Assembly (NCBI GenBank): GCA_041581495.1
Contig: JBFIDC010000001.1
Location: 1-38,941, forward strand
Reading direction: 5' to 3'
Length of the DNA: 38,941 bases
Source of the DNA: Nocardioides sp.
GTDB lineage: Bacteria; Actinomycetota; Actinomycetes; Propionibacteriales; Nocardioidaceae
Position numbers and translations under genes: made by a program. The notes under the pieces are model-generated. The model made no database searches. It was not told where the DNA came from and worked only from the letters and a program-made list of their open reading frames with translations. This document shows positions 17,286 through 26,584 of this stretch, in pieces. Each line of letters begins with the position of its first letter. The first letter of the stretch is position 1.

Positions 17286-17665
17286 TGCGGACGCCCGAAC
17301 TCGACTGGACCCATGGAGAGTCGACGTTGCTGGTGATCACGTGCGCGCGCTGCGGAAACCACTGGTACTTGCCGCAGGTGCACTGCCCGGTCTGTGGGTC
17401 AGTGAATTCGGATGCGACGCCCGCGGCTGGCGGCGGGCTCTGTGTTGCGGTCACGCGGCTGCACGTGACCGCTGATGGCCAGGACGCTCCGGTCAGGTTG
17501 GCCCTGGTCGAACTCGACGAGGGGCCGGTCGTCATGGGTCGGGTTCATGACGCCGACCTTGCTCCGGGAGATCGGGCCCACGTCGACTTCCGTCTCGACG
17601 GGCCCAACGGTGTGCTCGTGCCCAGCTTTGCCAAGGAAATGCCCCAGAAAGGCAGCGTGTCGTGA
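17285..17665 (+). CDS. DUF35 (Zn-ribbon plus OB-fold) partner protein
   Basis: CARCG...CPVCGS and ALVELDEGP motifs; translationally coupled to the thiolase. GTG at 17282 is an alternative start. Confidence 0.85.
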   Translation: MRTPELDWTHGESTLLVITCARCGNHWYLPQVHCPVCGSVNSDATPAAGGGLCVAVTRLHVTADGQDAPVRLALVELDEGPVVMGRVHDADLAPGDRAHVDFRLDGPNGVLVPSFAKEMPQKGSVS

Positions 17666-19752
17666 ACGACCTCGATTTCTTTCATCGGCCCACGTCGGTA
17701 GCTGTCGTGGGGGCCTCGGACGATCCGGAGAAGATCGGCGGCCGTCCGCTGCGCTACATGCGTGAGTTCGGCTACGCCGGAACCGTTGTGCCGGTGAACC
17801 CCAAACGCGAAAGCGTGCAGGGAATGGCGACGGTGGCCCGCCTTGAAGACTCCCCGATCGTGCCCGACGTGGCGCTGATCGCCGTGCCGGGTCAAGCTGC
17901 TGTGGAGGCCGTCCGGGTTGCTGCCGAGATGGGCGTCAAGGGTGCCGTGGTGATGTCATCCGGCTTCGGAGAGACCCACACGGCCGATGGACTGCACATG
18001 CAAGAGGAGTTGCTCGCTCATGCCCGCAAGACCGGGATGCGGGTGGTCGGCCCGAACTCGCAGGGGCTAGCCAGCTTCCATTCCGGCGCCGTACTCGGTT
18101 TCTCGACGCTTTTCACAGAGGAACCGCCCGCCGACGGCCCCGTCGGGATCATCAGTCAGAGCGGCGCGTTGGCTTCGGTGCCCTATGGCATCCTCCGTCG
18201 CCGCGGTATCGGCGTCCGTTACGCCCACGGAACCGGCAACGACCTTGACGTCAGTGCGGCCGAGTTGGCGGCTGCTGCGGCCGAGGATCCTGACCTGCGT
18301 CTGCTGCTGCTCTACCTCGAGAACGTCAGGGATCCCGAGTCCCTGGTGGCTCTCGGCGAGGCCTCACGCCGGCGCGGCGTCCCTGTCGTCGCGCTGGTGG
18401 GAGGTCGCAGTCAGTCCGGCAGCCGGGCCGCAGCCTCGCATACCGGTGCGCTGGCAACCGAACGTCGGGTGCTGGATTCGTTCTTTGAGCGCGTCGGGAT
18501 CTGGCAGGTCCACAGCGTCAAGGAACTCGTCGCCGCCAGTGAGCTCTACCTTCAGGATTGGCAGCCCTCCGGTGACGGCCTCGCTGTGGTCAGCAACTCG
18601 GGCGCGGTCTGCGTCCTGGCGGCCGATGCGGCTGAGGATGCAGGGCTCCCCCTGGCCACGCTCTCTGACGACACAGTCACCCGGTTGAAGGCCGAGTTGC
18701 CGGCGTTCGCAGCTACCACCAATCCGGTGGACGTCACCGCCGCGTTGCTCACCGACAGCGGTCTCTTCGGACGCGTGCTTCCGATCCTTGGCCAGGACCC
18801 GAGCGTGCATGCGTGCCTGCTGGGGATCCCGGTCGCCGGACGCGGCTATGACGTGGAGCGGTTCGCCCGCGACGCGGCGGGGTTCGCCGCGAGCGGGACA
18901 CCGCTCGTGCTGGCGGTGCCGCAGCCGAACGTGGCGAAGCCCTTCGTTGACGCCGGGCTGCCCGTCTTTGAGGAGGAAGCCAGCGCGATCGCGGCGTTGT
19001 CGCAGTACCTCGCACATCGGCATCGGATGGCGCGTGCTGAGTCTCTTCCCCGGCCGGCCGTGGGCGCCCGGCCAGGACAGGCCGTTGCCGGCCTCAACGA
19101 GGCCGAGAGTCTGGCTGCGCTCGCCGACCTCGGGGTGCCAGTCGTGGCTCACGAGCTGGTGAGTGCACCTGGGGACGTGGCTGCTGCTTTTGAGCGTCTC
19201 GGAGCCCACGAGGTTGTAGTCAAGGGCAGTACTACTGAGGCCACCCACAAGTCCGAACTCGGTTTGGTGCGGCTCAGGTGCGGGTCACCGCACGAGGCTG
19301 TCGCCGCGGCAGACGAGATCGCGGCCTCGGCATCGTCACATGGCGTGCAGCTCGATGGGTTCCTGGTCGCGCCGATGGTCCGCGGCCTGCATGAATCCCT
19401 GCTCGGCGCTAGCCTCGACCCCGTTTTCGGACCCGTCATGGTCCTCGGCGCGGGAGGCGTACACGTCGAGGCAGTGCCAGACACCCAGGTGCTGTTGGCT
19501 CCCTGCACCCTCGAGGAGGTGCACGAAGCACTCGCCCGGCTACGGATGGCGCCTCTTCTCGCCGGCGTTCGCGGGAACCCTGCCTCCGACGTTGATGCGT
19601 GGGCCAAGGCTGTCGTGCGCGCCTCCGAGGCACTCGCCGACCCCGCGTGTCCAGTGGCTGGCTTCGATGCCAACCCCCTCATGCTCCTAGAAGACGGGGT
19701 CGTCGCCGTCGACGCCGTCGTCCTCCAATCGGTGGTCGAGGAGCCCGCGTAG
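17662..19752 (+). CDS. Acetate/acyl-CoA ligase (ADP-forming) family, fused CoA-binding and ATP-grasp domains
   Basis: VAVVGAS, GPNSQG, SQSGA, AASHTGALA, NPVD, HKSELG and DPVFGP motifs. Confidence 0.88.
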   Translation: MNDLDFFHRPTSVAVVGASDDPEKIGGRPLRYMREFGYAGTVVPVNPKRESVQGMATVARLEDSPIVPDVALIAVPGQAAVEAVRVAAEMGVKGAVVMSSGFGETHTADGLHMQEELLAHARKTGMRVVGPNSQGLASFHSGAVLGFSTLFTEEPPADGPVGIISQSGALASVPYGILRRRGIGVRYAHGTGNDLDVSAAELAAAAAEDPDLRLLLLYLENVRDPESLVALGEASRRRGVPVVALVGGRSQSGSRAAASHTGALATERRVLDSFFERVGIWQVHSVKELVAASELYLQDWQPSGDGLAVVSNSGAVCVLAADAAEDAGLPLATLSDDTVTRLKAELPAFAATTNPVDVTAALLTDSGLFGRVLPILGQDPSVHACLLGIPVAGRGYDVERFARDAAGFAASGTPLVLAVPQPNVAKPFVDAGLPVFEEEASAIAALSQYLAHRHRMARAESLPRPAVGARPGQAVAGLNEAESLAALADLGVPVVAHELVSAPGDVAAAFERLGAHEVVVKGSTTEATHKSELGLVRLRCGSPHEAVAAADEIAASASSHGVQLDGFLVAPMVRGLHESLLGASLDPVFGPVMVLGAGGVHVEAVPDTQVLLAPCTLEEVHEALARLRMAPLLAGVRGNPASDVDAWAKAVVRASEALADPACPVAGFDANPLMLLEDGVVAVDAVVLQSVVEEPA

Positions 19753-19794
19753 GGGCGTCACGAGGCCGGGTGAGTTCTGGCAGGGCAGTTCGTT

Positions 19795-20874
19795 CTAGGC
19801 GGACTCGACCGTGAGGATCGCGGCGGTGATGTCGTCCTCGGTCACGGGCGTTCCCAGGTTGGCGAGGTGGGGGGCGGTCATGGTGACGCGGGCGATCTCT
19901 CGGATCTCGGCGGGGGAGGGGCCGCTCATCCCGAGTTCGGTCAGAGTCACTGGGAGTCCGACGTCGCGCAAGAACCCGCGCAGTTCCTCGATCTCTGCGG
20001 CGGGTGCCCGCTCGGCCACGCGCTGCACCAGGGTTGCCCAGGCGACGTGCTCGCCATGCATTGCGGTCTTCGCGCCGCGGGCTCGCATCAGGCCACGGGT
20101 GAGCGAATGGGCGAGCGACAACCCACCGTTCTCAAAGCCCATGCCGCTGAGGAGTACGACGGCCTCGACCAACGCTTCCAGATCGTCGGTCACCTCGTTG
20201 CGGTCGCACGCGGCAAGCCCCGCAAGCGCGTGCGCACGCAGCGCCGTGTAGCAGGCGTCAGCAATCGCGACTCCGATCAGAAGCGGACGCGTGCCCAGGG
20301 TCGTCACGCCTGTGCCGGCCGCACATCCGGCCGCTTCGTAGGTCTTGGCAATGGCGTCGCCGATGCCGGCCCGCAAGAAGTGCGCGGGAGCCGTTGCGAT
20401 CAACTCGGTATCGACCACGACCGCGTGCGGGTTCGCGACCAGTTGATCGACGGAGGCCATCTGGTGCTGGTCGTCATACATTGCGACGGCCTTGCTGGTC
20501 GGGCTGTCATTGGAGGCAACCGTTGGAACTGTCACCACGGGGACTCCGAGCCGCAACGAGACCGCCTTGCCAGCGTCCAGTGCCTTGCCGCCGCCGATCC
20601 CCACGACGACTCCGACTCCGACGCTGCGCACCGACGCGGCTATCTCGTCAGCGGCAGCAGCAGTGATCTCACCGGTCAGGGTTCGGACCTCTGGCACCAG
20701 ACCCGAAGCGCAGAGGATTTCCTCGACGCGGGCGCCCAGGATCTCGCGAACGAAGGGATCGATCACAACCACGGGCCGAGTTCCATAACCTTGCACGAGA
20801 TCGCCAAGCAACTCGAGGGCCCCGGGACCTTGGACGTATCGGAGCGGGCCGGCGAAAACCCGCGTGTGGCTCAT
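19795..20874 (-). CDS. gldA: Glycerol/1,2-diol dehydrogenase family
   Basis: P.RYVQG, GIGGGKALDAGK, PTVASND, AGIGDA, GGLSLAH and HGE motifs. Start at 20874. The substrate is not established. Confidence 0.8.
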   Translation of the reverse strand: MSHTRVFAGPLRYVQGPGALELLGDLVQGYGTRPVVVIDPFVREILGARVEEILCASGLVPEVRTLTGEITAAAADEIAASVRSVGVGVVVGIGGGKALDAGKAVSLRLGVPVVTVPTVASNDSPTSKAVAMYDDQHQMASVDQLVANPHAVVVDTELIATAPAHFLRAGIGDAIAKTYEAAGCAAGTGVTTLGTRPLLIGVAIADACYTALRAHALAGLAACDRNEVTDDLEALVEAVVLLSGMGFENGGLSLAHSLTRGLMRARGAKTAMHGEHVAWATLVQRVAERAPAAEIEELRGFLRDVGLPVTLTELGMSGPSPAEIREIARVTMTAPHLANLGTPVTEDDITAAILTVESA

Positions 20875-20875
20875 G

Positions 20876-21862
20876 TCAGGTGCCGTCGACGATCGCGCGA
20901 AGCACCCGGGGTAGATCAACCCCGTACTTCGCCTCGAGGTACTCCTGCGAGCCGCACTCGAAGAACCCGTCCTCGAGCCCGACGCGAATCACGGGGCGCA
21001 GCACAGCCGCGTCAAACATCGCTTCGGTGACCAGTGTCGCGAGCCCACCGGTGGTCTTGTGGTTCTCGGCCACGACCAACCGGTCGTGTCGGCCTGCGAA
21101 GTCGAGCACGGCGTCCGTATCGAACGGCTTGATCGTGGGGACGTGCAGCACGCTCGCCTCGACACCCTGGTCGGCAGCGGCCTTGGCCGCATCGAGCGCC
21201 CGGCCCGTCATGTAGCCGGTGGCGATCACGCCGACCGACCCGTCACCCTGGCGCAGCCGGGCCGCCTTGCCGGGGATGAATTCGTACTCGGGCGGCAACT
21301 CAACGGGCACATGCCCACGCAGCAGTCGGACATAGACCGTCCCGGGGATATCGGCCACCGCACGCACGACTTGCCGAAGTTCGTGGGCGTCACAGGGATC
21401 GATGATCGTCAGATCGGCGATGCCCCGCATCATGTTGATGTCCTCAGTGGCCTGGTGCGTGGCTCCGTACCCGTTCAGCAGGCCGGGCATTCCGGCGAAG
21501 ATCTTCACGTTCGCCATCGAGTGCGCACAGGCGATGGCGACGAAGTCGTAGGCCCGTCGCGTCACGAACACCGAGTACGTCGTGCAGTAGGCGATCTTGC
21601 CGACCTTGGCCAGCCCCGCCGCGGCAGCGATCAGGTTCTGCTCGGCCATGCCGACGTTGAAGAACCGATCCGGATGCTCGTCGCGGAACGGAAGGATGTC
21701 GCTGTAGCGGCCCATGTCAGCCGTCAGCGCGACGATCTCCGAACGCTCGCGACCCATCGCCGCCAGTTCATTGCCGAAGGGCGCGAGCACCGTTTCTTTG
21801 TCGGCGATCTCGATGAGCTCACCCATGCCGCGGGTCTGGCCAAAGATGGCGGTCTCGCTCAT
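20876..21862 (-). CDS. Split transketolase, C-terminal (pyrimidine-binding) subunit
   Basis: NVGMAEQN, GATHQATED, YVRL and ENH..TGGL motifs. Start at 21862 overlaps the upstream stop. Confidence 0.88.
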   Translation of the reverse strand: MSETAIFGQTRGMGELIEIADKETVLAPFGNELAAMGRERSEIVALTADMGRYSDILPFRDEHPDRFFNVGMAEQNLIAAAAGLAKVGKIAYCTTYSVFVTRRAYDFVAIACAHSMANVKIFAGMPGLLNGYGATHQATEDINMMRGIADLTIIDPCDAHELRQVVRAVADIPGTVYVRLLRGHVPVELPPEYEFIPGKAARLRQGDGSVGVIATGYMTGRALDAAKAAADQGVEASVLHVPTIKPFDTDAVLDFAGRHDRLVVAENHKTTGGLATLVTEAMFDAAVLRPVIRVGLEDGFFECGSQEYLEAKYGVDLPRVLRAIVDGT

Positions 21863-22698
21863 CGGTTGCTCTCCAGTTCTTCCATGAAGTCGCCCCATTC
21901 GTCGTCGCTGACGCGCACGAAGTGCGCGCGCGGCCGGGCCATGATCGTGGGCACCCCGAAGCCCGGGGTGGTCCGTAGCACGATGGCCTTCGGGCGGCCG
22001 TCCTGTTCGCGAGATGCAGCCAGTGCGTCGGTGAGTTGTTGCATGTCGTTGCCATTGACCTCGCGGGTATCCCAACCGAAGGCGCGCAGCTTGTCGGCGA
22101 CCGGCTCGATGGCCACGGTGACCGGGCCGTCGGCTTGGATGCCGTTGCAGTCGACCAGGGCGACGAGGTTGTCGACGCCGAAGGTTGCACCGCTCATCAA
22201 GGCCTCCCAGGTTGAGCCCTCGTCGAGTTCCCCATCGGAGAACTCACAGAAGACCCGGGCTGGGGATCCGTCGAGCCGGAGCCCGAGCGCCATGCCGACG
22301 GCTTGACCGAGGCCTTGACCGAGTGAACCGCCCACGATGTCGATGCCGGGCGTGATATCGAAGGTGCTCATTGGCAGCCGCGAGCCGTTGAGCCCGTAGG
22401 TGGGCAGTTCGTCCTCGTCGAGGTACCCGCTGGCCGCGAGCACCGCGTACATGGCGATCGAGTAGTGGCCGGTGGAGAGCAGGAAGCGGTCTCGAGCCGC
22501 CCACGCCGGGTTCGCTGGATCGTGGCGCAGTTCGTGGAAGTAGAGGGCCGCCAACGTGTCGGCGATGCCCAGGCCTTGGGCGAGGTAGCCCTCACCCTTC
22601 CCGCGCGTCATCTCCATCATCAGCCGACGGAGTTGGTGCGCATGGTCCTTCAAGTCGGCTACGTCTGCGGTTTCTGGTGGGGCAAGAGTGGCGGGCAT
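21859..22698 (-). CDS. Split transketolase, N-terminal ThDP-binding subunit
   Basis: RDRFLLSTGH, GSLGQGL and SDGELDEGSTWEA...DCN motifs. Start at 22698. Confidence 0.88.
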   Translation of the reverse strand: MPATLAPPETADVADLKDHAHQLRRLMMEMTRGKGEGYLAQGLGIADTLAALYFHELRHDPANPAWAARDRFLLSTGHYSIAMYAVLAASGYLDEDELPTYGLNGSRLPMSTFDITPGIDIVGGSLGQGLGQAVGMALGLRLDGSPARVFCEFSDGELDEGSTWEALMSGATFGVDNLVALVDCNGIQADGPVTVAIEPVADKLRAFGWDTREVNGNDMQQLTDALAASREQDGRPKAIVLRTTPGFGVPTIMARPRAHFVRVSDDEWGDFMEELESNR

Positions 22699-22704
22699 GC
22701 TGCC

Positions 22705-22749
22705 AGCCTCACGTGCACAGGGCCGATGTCGTTGTCCCAACTTGCGACA
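22705..22749 (-). promoter_or_regulatory. Activator box TGTCGCA-AGT-TGGGACA (22749-22733), 22 nt, -10 GAGGCT (22710-22705)
   Basis: Read directly. The ATG at 22698 is 6 nt downstream with no room for an RBS. Confidence 0.75.
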
Positions 22750-22765
22750 AGGGTCGGGAGGTTGC

Positions 22766-24583
22766 CTAGAAGTACTGCTTGTCGGGGTCGATTCGATACG
22801 CCTGGAGCTTTCGATAGAGCGTTGAGCGCGAGATGCCGATGGATTGCGCTGCCGCAACCTTGTTGCCGTGATGCTGCTTAAGGGCAGTCAGGATTGCCCC
22901 GAGCTCGAGCTCTTCCATGGCCGAGAGGGTTCGTTTGCGTGAGTTGCCTTGGAGTTCGACTGGCAAGGCGTCCGGGCCGATCTCGGGACCGATGCAGGCC
23001 GAGAGCACTCCCCGGATCGTGGTGTCGAGTTGTCGCAGGTTGCCGGGCCATGGTGCGCGCATCAGGCAGCGCAGAGTTGCTGACGCGAAGTGGAGTTGAC
23101 GCTCGCCGCGGTGCTTCTCGAGCATCGCGGCAGCGGTCGGTGCGATGTCCTCGTGCCGGTCGCGCAGAGGCGGGAGGCTCACTCGGCCGACGCCGATGGT
23201 GTCGACGAGGCGTCGGAGCGAATGGCTGGGCTCGCCACCACCGGTCGTGAGAGTGGCCACGATGCGGGGGAGCCGCGGGTCGTCTTCGTCGTCAGGTTCC
23301 AGCAAGCTGGCGGTAGCCGCCGCGGCCTCGGGTGTCAGTTGCTCGATGTGCCTCAGGAGTACGGCCTCGGGACCGGACTCGAGAGCCGCCCGAAGCTTGT
23401 TGACGAAGTGAGTCGCCTCCTCCGCCCATCCTGTTGCTGACGCGTCCAGGATCAGCGTGTCCGCTTCGGGAACAGCCGCAGCAGCAAGCACCGCCTTGGC
23501 CAGGGCGAACTTCCCGACTCCAGACTCGCCTTCGACGATCATCGGGACCCCCCTTGCGGCGAGGCGGGTCGCATGCGCGATTGCCGTCACCAGGGCGGGA
23601 CTCTGACCGGGCAAGATCACCGTGGGGTGCGGCAAGGTCGCATCGGGCGCTCCGACCTGGTCATGCGTTGGTCGCCCGATCTCGAACTCCACCACCGCTC
23701 CGATGACGGTCCCGTCACGTTCGACCGGGTGGCAGTGGGCGATCCGGAAGCGGCCACCCGTGGGAAGGCCGGATTGCGCCCCGTCCCCCCGAGAACCCAT
23801 CGCAACACTGCGGACGTACTCCCACAACATGGCCCGGTCGATGCCTTCGAGCAGGTCGGTGACCTTGGGTCCGGCGATGAAGATGTCTTGACCGACGGCA
23901 GCCATGGGTGCGCGACGCGAGCCAATCGCAACGAGGTAGGCGTCGAGAAGTTGGCGTTCGCTGGTCGTGGCCTGGGCTAGCAGTCGACTCTCGACCTCTT
24001 GGGCCGTGCTGGTCATCAACGGCGTCAGGAGTGCGTTGCCGGATGTCGCCCGGCACGAGAGCGTGATGACGCCTTCGAGCCTGCGAGTCACCGGATGATG
24101 GACCGGCACGCCAACACAGGTGAAAGGCCTCAGGGCCTCGGCAAGGTGCTCGGGGCCGCTGACCTGGATGGCTGCGTTCGTCTCGATCACGCTGCCGCAG
24201 CCGTTGGTGCCGATGGATTCCTCGCTGTTGTCGAAGCCCATGTTGGCGTTGATCCGGTCAAACATTGGTGCGATCGAGCGATCCGGGGTCCACCGATGCA
24301 CCAAGGTCGCCTCGTGATCGGCAAGGAGAACACCTGCCTCCAGCCCGGCCAACTGCTCTGCCAGCCGAGACAGCACGGGGTCGGCGGCGAGTCGAAGCGC
24401 CGCACGCGCGTGGTGCTCGCCACGGAACGTCAGTGTCGGGTTGGCGAGTTGGGCGCCGCTGCGAAGCGACCGCCGCCAGGACTGCAGCACCTGTGGCCGG
24501 ACCTGCTTCTCCAGATGGCGGGGGATCACGCCGTCGGCGAGCAGGTGCTCGCGTGCGGCGTCGACCAGCTTTAACTCGCCCAC
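22766..24583 (-). CDS. GAF-AAA(degenerate)-Fis HTH transcriptional activator (AcoR-like), paralog 2
   Basis: SWRRS, E.SIGTNG, GESGVGK, PPLRDR, WPGNLRQL and GISRSTLYRKL motifs. GTG at 24583 follows GGAGG; the ORF-track start at 24904 overlaps the upstream gene. Confidence 0.9.
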   Translation of the reverse strand: MGELKLVDAAREHLLADGVIPRHLEKQVRPQVLQSWRRSLRSGAQLANPTLTFRGEHHARAALRLAADPVLSRLAEQLAGLEAGVLLADHEATLVHRWTPDRSIAPMFDRINANMGFDNSEESIGTNGCGSVIETNAAIQVSGPEHLAEALRPFTCVGVPVHHPVTRRLEGVITLSCRATSGNALLTPLMTSTAQEVESRLLAQATTSERQLLDAYLVAIGSRRAPMAAVGQDIFIAGPKVTDLLEGIDRAMLWEYVRSVAMGSRGDGAQSGLPTGGRFRIAHCHPVERDGTVIGAVVEFEIGRPTHDQVGAPDATLPHPTVILPGQSPALVTAIAHATRLAARGVPMIVEGESGVGKFALAKAVLAAAAVPEADTLILDASATGWAEEATHFVNKLRAALESGPEAVLLRHIEQLTPEAAAATASLLEPDDEDDPRLPRIVATLTTGGGEPSHSLRRLVDTIGVGRVSLPPLRDRHEDIAPTAAAMLEKHRGERQLHFASATLRCLMRAPWPGNLRQLDTTIRGVLSACIGPEIGPDALPVELQGNSRKRTLSAMEELELGAILTALKQHHGNKVAAAQSIGISRSTLYRKLQAYRIDPDKQYF

Positions 24584-24600
24584 TGGGACTGGCCTCCGAC

Positions 24601-26400
24601 TCAGAAGTACTGCTTGTCGGGGTCCAGACGGTAGGCCTGGAGTTTGCGATAGAGAGTCGAGCGCGAGATTCCGATTGATTGGGCAGCCGCCACCTTGTTG
24701 CCGTTGTGCTGTCGCAGCGCGGTGAGAATTGCCCCGAGTTCCAACTCCTCCATCGCCGAGAGGTCGCGTTTGCGGGAGTTGCCCTGGAGTTCTAGGGGCA
24801 GGGCGTCGGGACGGATCTCCGGACCGATGGCCGTGGGCAGCAGTCCTCGAACCGTGGCGTCCATCTGTCGCACGTTGCCCGGCCAGGGTGCGCGCATCAA
24901 ACAACGAAGCGTTGCCGAAGCAAAGTAGAGCTCCCGGTCACCGCGGTGCTTCTCTAGCAGCGCAATAGCCGTGGGTGCGATGTCTTCTTGTCGATCGCGC
25001 AGCGGCGGCAGCGTGATCCGGCCGACTCCGATCGTGTCAATCAGGCGGCGCAGTCCGGGGGCATCGGGCCCGCCGGTGGTCATCGTTGCCACGATCCGTG
25101 GTGTGTTGGGCAGCTCTTCGATGCCGTCGAGCATGGCGGAGGTGGCGGCCGCAGCCTCGGGCGAAAGCGCCTCGAGGTGGCGCAACACCAGCGCATCGGG
25201 CTCGAGTTCGAACTCGCGGCGCAGCAGGCTGACGAACTGGTTGGCCCCTTCGGCCCAACCGGCGGCGGCATCCACGACGGCGATCTTGTCGGCCTTGACC
25301 TGAGCCGATGCGAGCACCGCCCGCGCCAGTGCGAACTTGCCCACGCCGGACTCGCCTTCGATGAGCATCGGCACCCCCTTGGCGGCCAGCCGGGTCGCGT
25401 GGGTGAGGGCGTTGGCTAGCGCAGGGCTCTTGCCGGGCAGTGACACGGTGGCTTTGGGCAGGGTGGCGGTGCGCGGTTCCTCGCGCACTTGACGATCGAC
25501 ATCGAACTCAATGAGGGCGCCGATGACGCGGCCCTCCCGGTCGACCGGCTTGCAGCCGACGATCCGGAACCGGTCTGTGTTGAGCCCGATCTCACCCGGC
25601 GTCGTCGCGGAGCCGAGCGCCACGCCGCGGACGTACTCCCAAAGCATGGCGCGGTCGATGCCTTCGAGGAGGTCGGTCACCTTGGGGCCGGCGATGAAGA
25701 TGTCTTGGCCCACGGCTGCCACCGGAGCCCGGCGCGAGCCGATTGCCACGAGGTACTCATCGAGGAGTTGTCGCTCGTTGGTCGAGGCTTGGGCCAGCAG
25801 CCGACTCTCGACCTCTTGGGCAGTGCTTGTCATCAACGGGGTGAGCAGCGGGTTGCTGGAGGTGGCCTGACAATTCATTGTGATGACGCCTTCGAGCCGT
25901 CGCGTGATGGGGTGGTGCACGGGCACGCCGACGCAGGTGAAGGGCCGCAGAGCCTCGGCCAGGTGCTCGGGCCCTGAGATTTGGATTGCCGCCCCAGACT
26001 CGATCACGGACCCGACGCCGTTGGTCCCGATCGTTTCCTCGCTGATGCAAAAGCCCACATTGGAATTGATGCGGTCCATCAACGGGAGGATGCCCGAATC
26101 TGATACCCATCGTCGGACGACTATGGACTCGTGATCGCAGAGCAGCACGCCGGCATCCAAACCAGCCAGCCCTTCGGCTAGGCGCGAAAGGACAGGGTCC
26201 GCGGCCAGCCTGAGTGCCGCGCGAGCGTGGTGCTCGCCGCTGAAGGTCAGCGCGGGGTTTGCCAACTCAGCCCCAGACGAGACCGACCGTCGCCACGACT
26301 CCAGAACGTCGGGGCGCATGTCCTTTGCCAAGTGGGCTGGAACATCGCCGCCACTGAGCAGGTGCTCGCGGGCTTGGTCAACGACGTGCAATGCCGTCAT
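24601..26400 (-). CDS. GAF-AAA(degenerate)-Fis HTH transcriptional activator (AcoR-like), paralog 1
   Basis: Same motif set and colinear with the neighbouring gene; GGAGG RBS. Confidence 0.9.
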   Translation of the reverse strand: MTALHVVDQAREHLLSGGDVPAHLAKDMRPDVLESWRRSVSSGAELANPALTFSGEHHARAALRLAADPVLSRLAEGLAGLDAGVLLCDHESIVVRRWVSDSGILPLMDRINSNVGFCISEETIGTNGVGSVIESGAAIQISGPEHLAEALRPFTCVGVPVHHPITRRLEGVITMNCQATSSNPLLTPLMTSTAQEVESRLLAQASTNERQLLDEYLVAIGSRRAPVAAVGQDIFIAGPKVTDLLEGIDRAMLWEYVRGVALGSATTPGEIGLNTDRFRIVGCKPVDREGRVIGALIEFDVDRQVREEPRTATLPKATVSLPGKSPALANALTHATRLAAKGVPMLIEGESGVGKFALARAVLASAQVKADKIAVVDAAAGWAEGANQFVSLLRREFELEPDALVLRHLEALSPEAAAATSAMLDGIEELPNTPRIVATMTTGGPDAPGLRRLIDTIGVGRITLPPLRDRQEDIAPTAIALLEKHRGDRELYFASATLRCLMRAPWPGNVRQMDATVRGLLPTAIGPEIRPDALPLELQGNSRKRDLSAMEELELGAILTALRQHNGNKVAAAQSIGISRSTLYRKLQAYRLDPDKQYF

Positions 26401-26458
26401 GGTCTACCTCCGGTTCCCCCCGAGGAGTCACAGTTCAGGGTCCTGTGACGCGTGTTAC

Positions 26459-26505
26459 ACAGTAGCCCCTGCCTTAGAGGCACCTCACTGTGCCGATTTG
26501 GGACA
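26459..26505 (-). promoter_or_regulatory. Activator box TGTCCCA-AAT-CGGCACA (26505-26489), 24 nt, -10 TACTGT; probable autoregulatory site
   Basis: Read directly. The spacing differs by 2 nt from the other seven sites. Confidence 0.55.
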
Positions 26506-26584
26506 CATCGCCTGCGGTCCGCGCCGCCCGGGGCGGACCTCTGCCGTTGCGAGGCTGACGGTGTCTCACGCGCCGTCGCACGCT

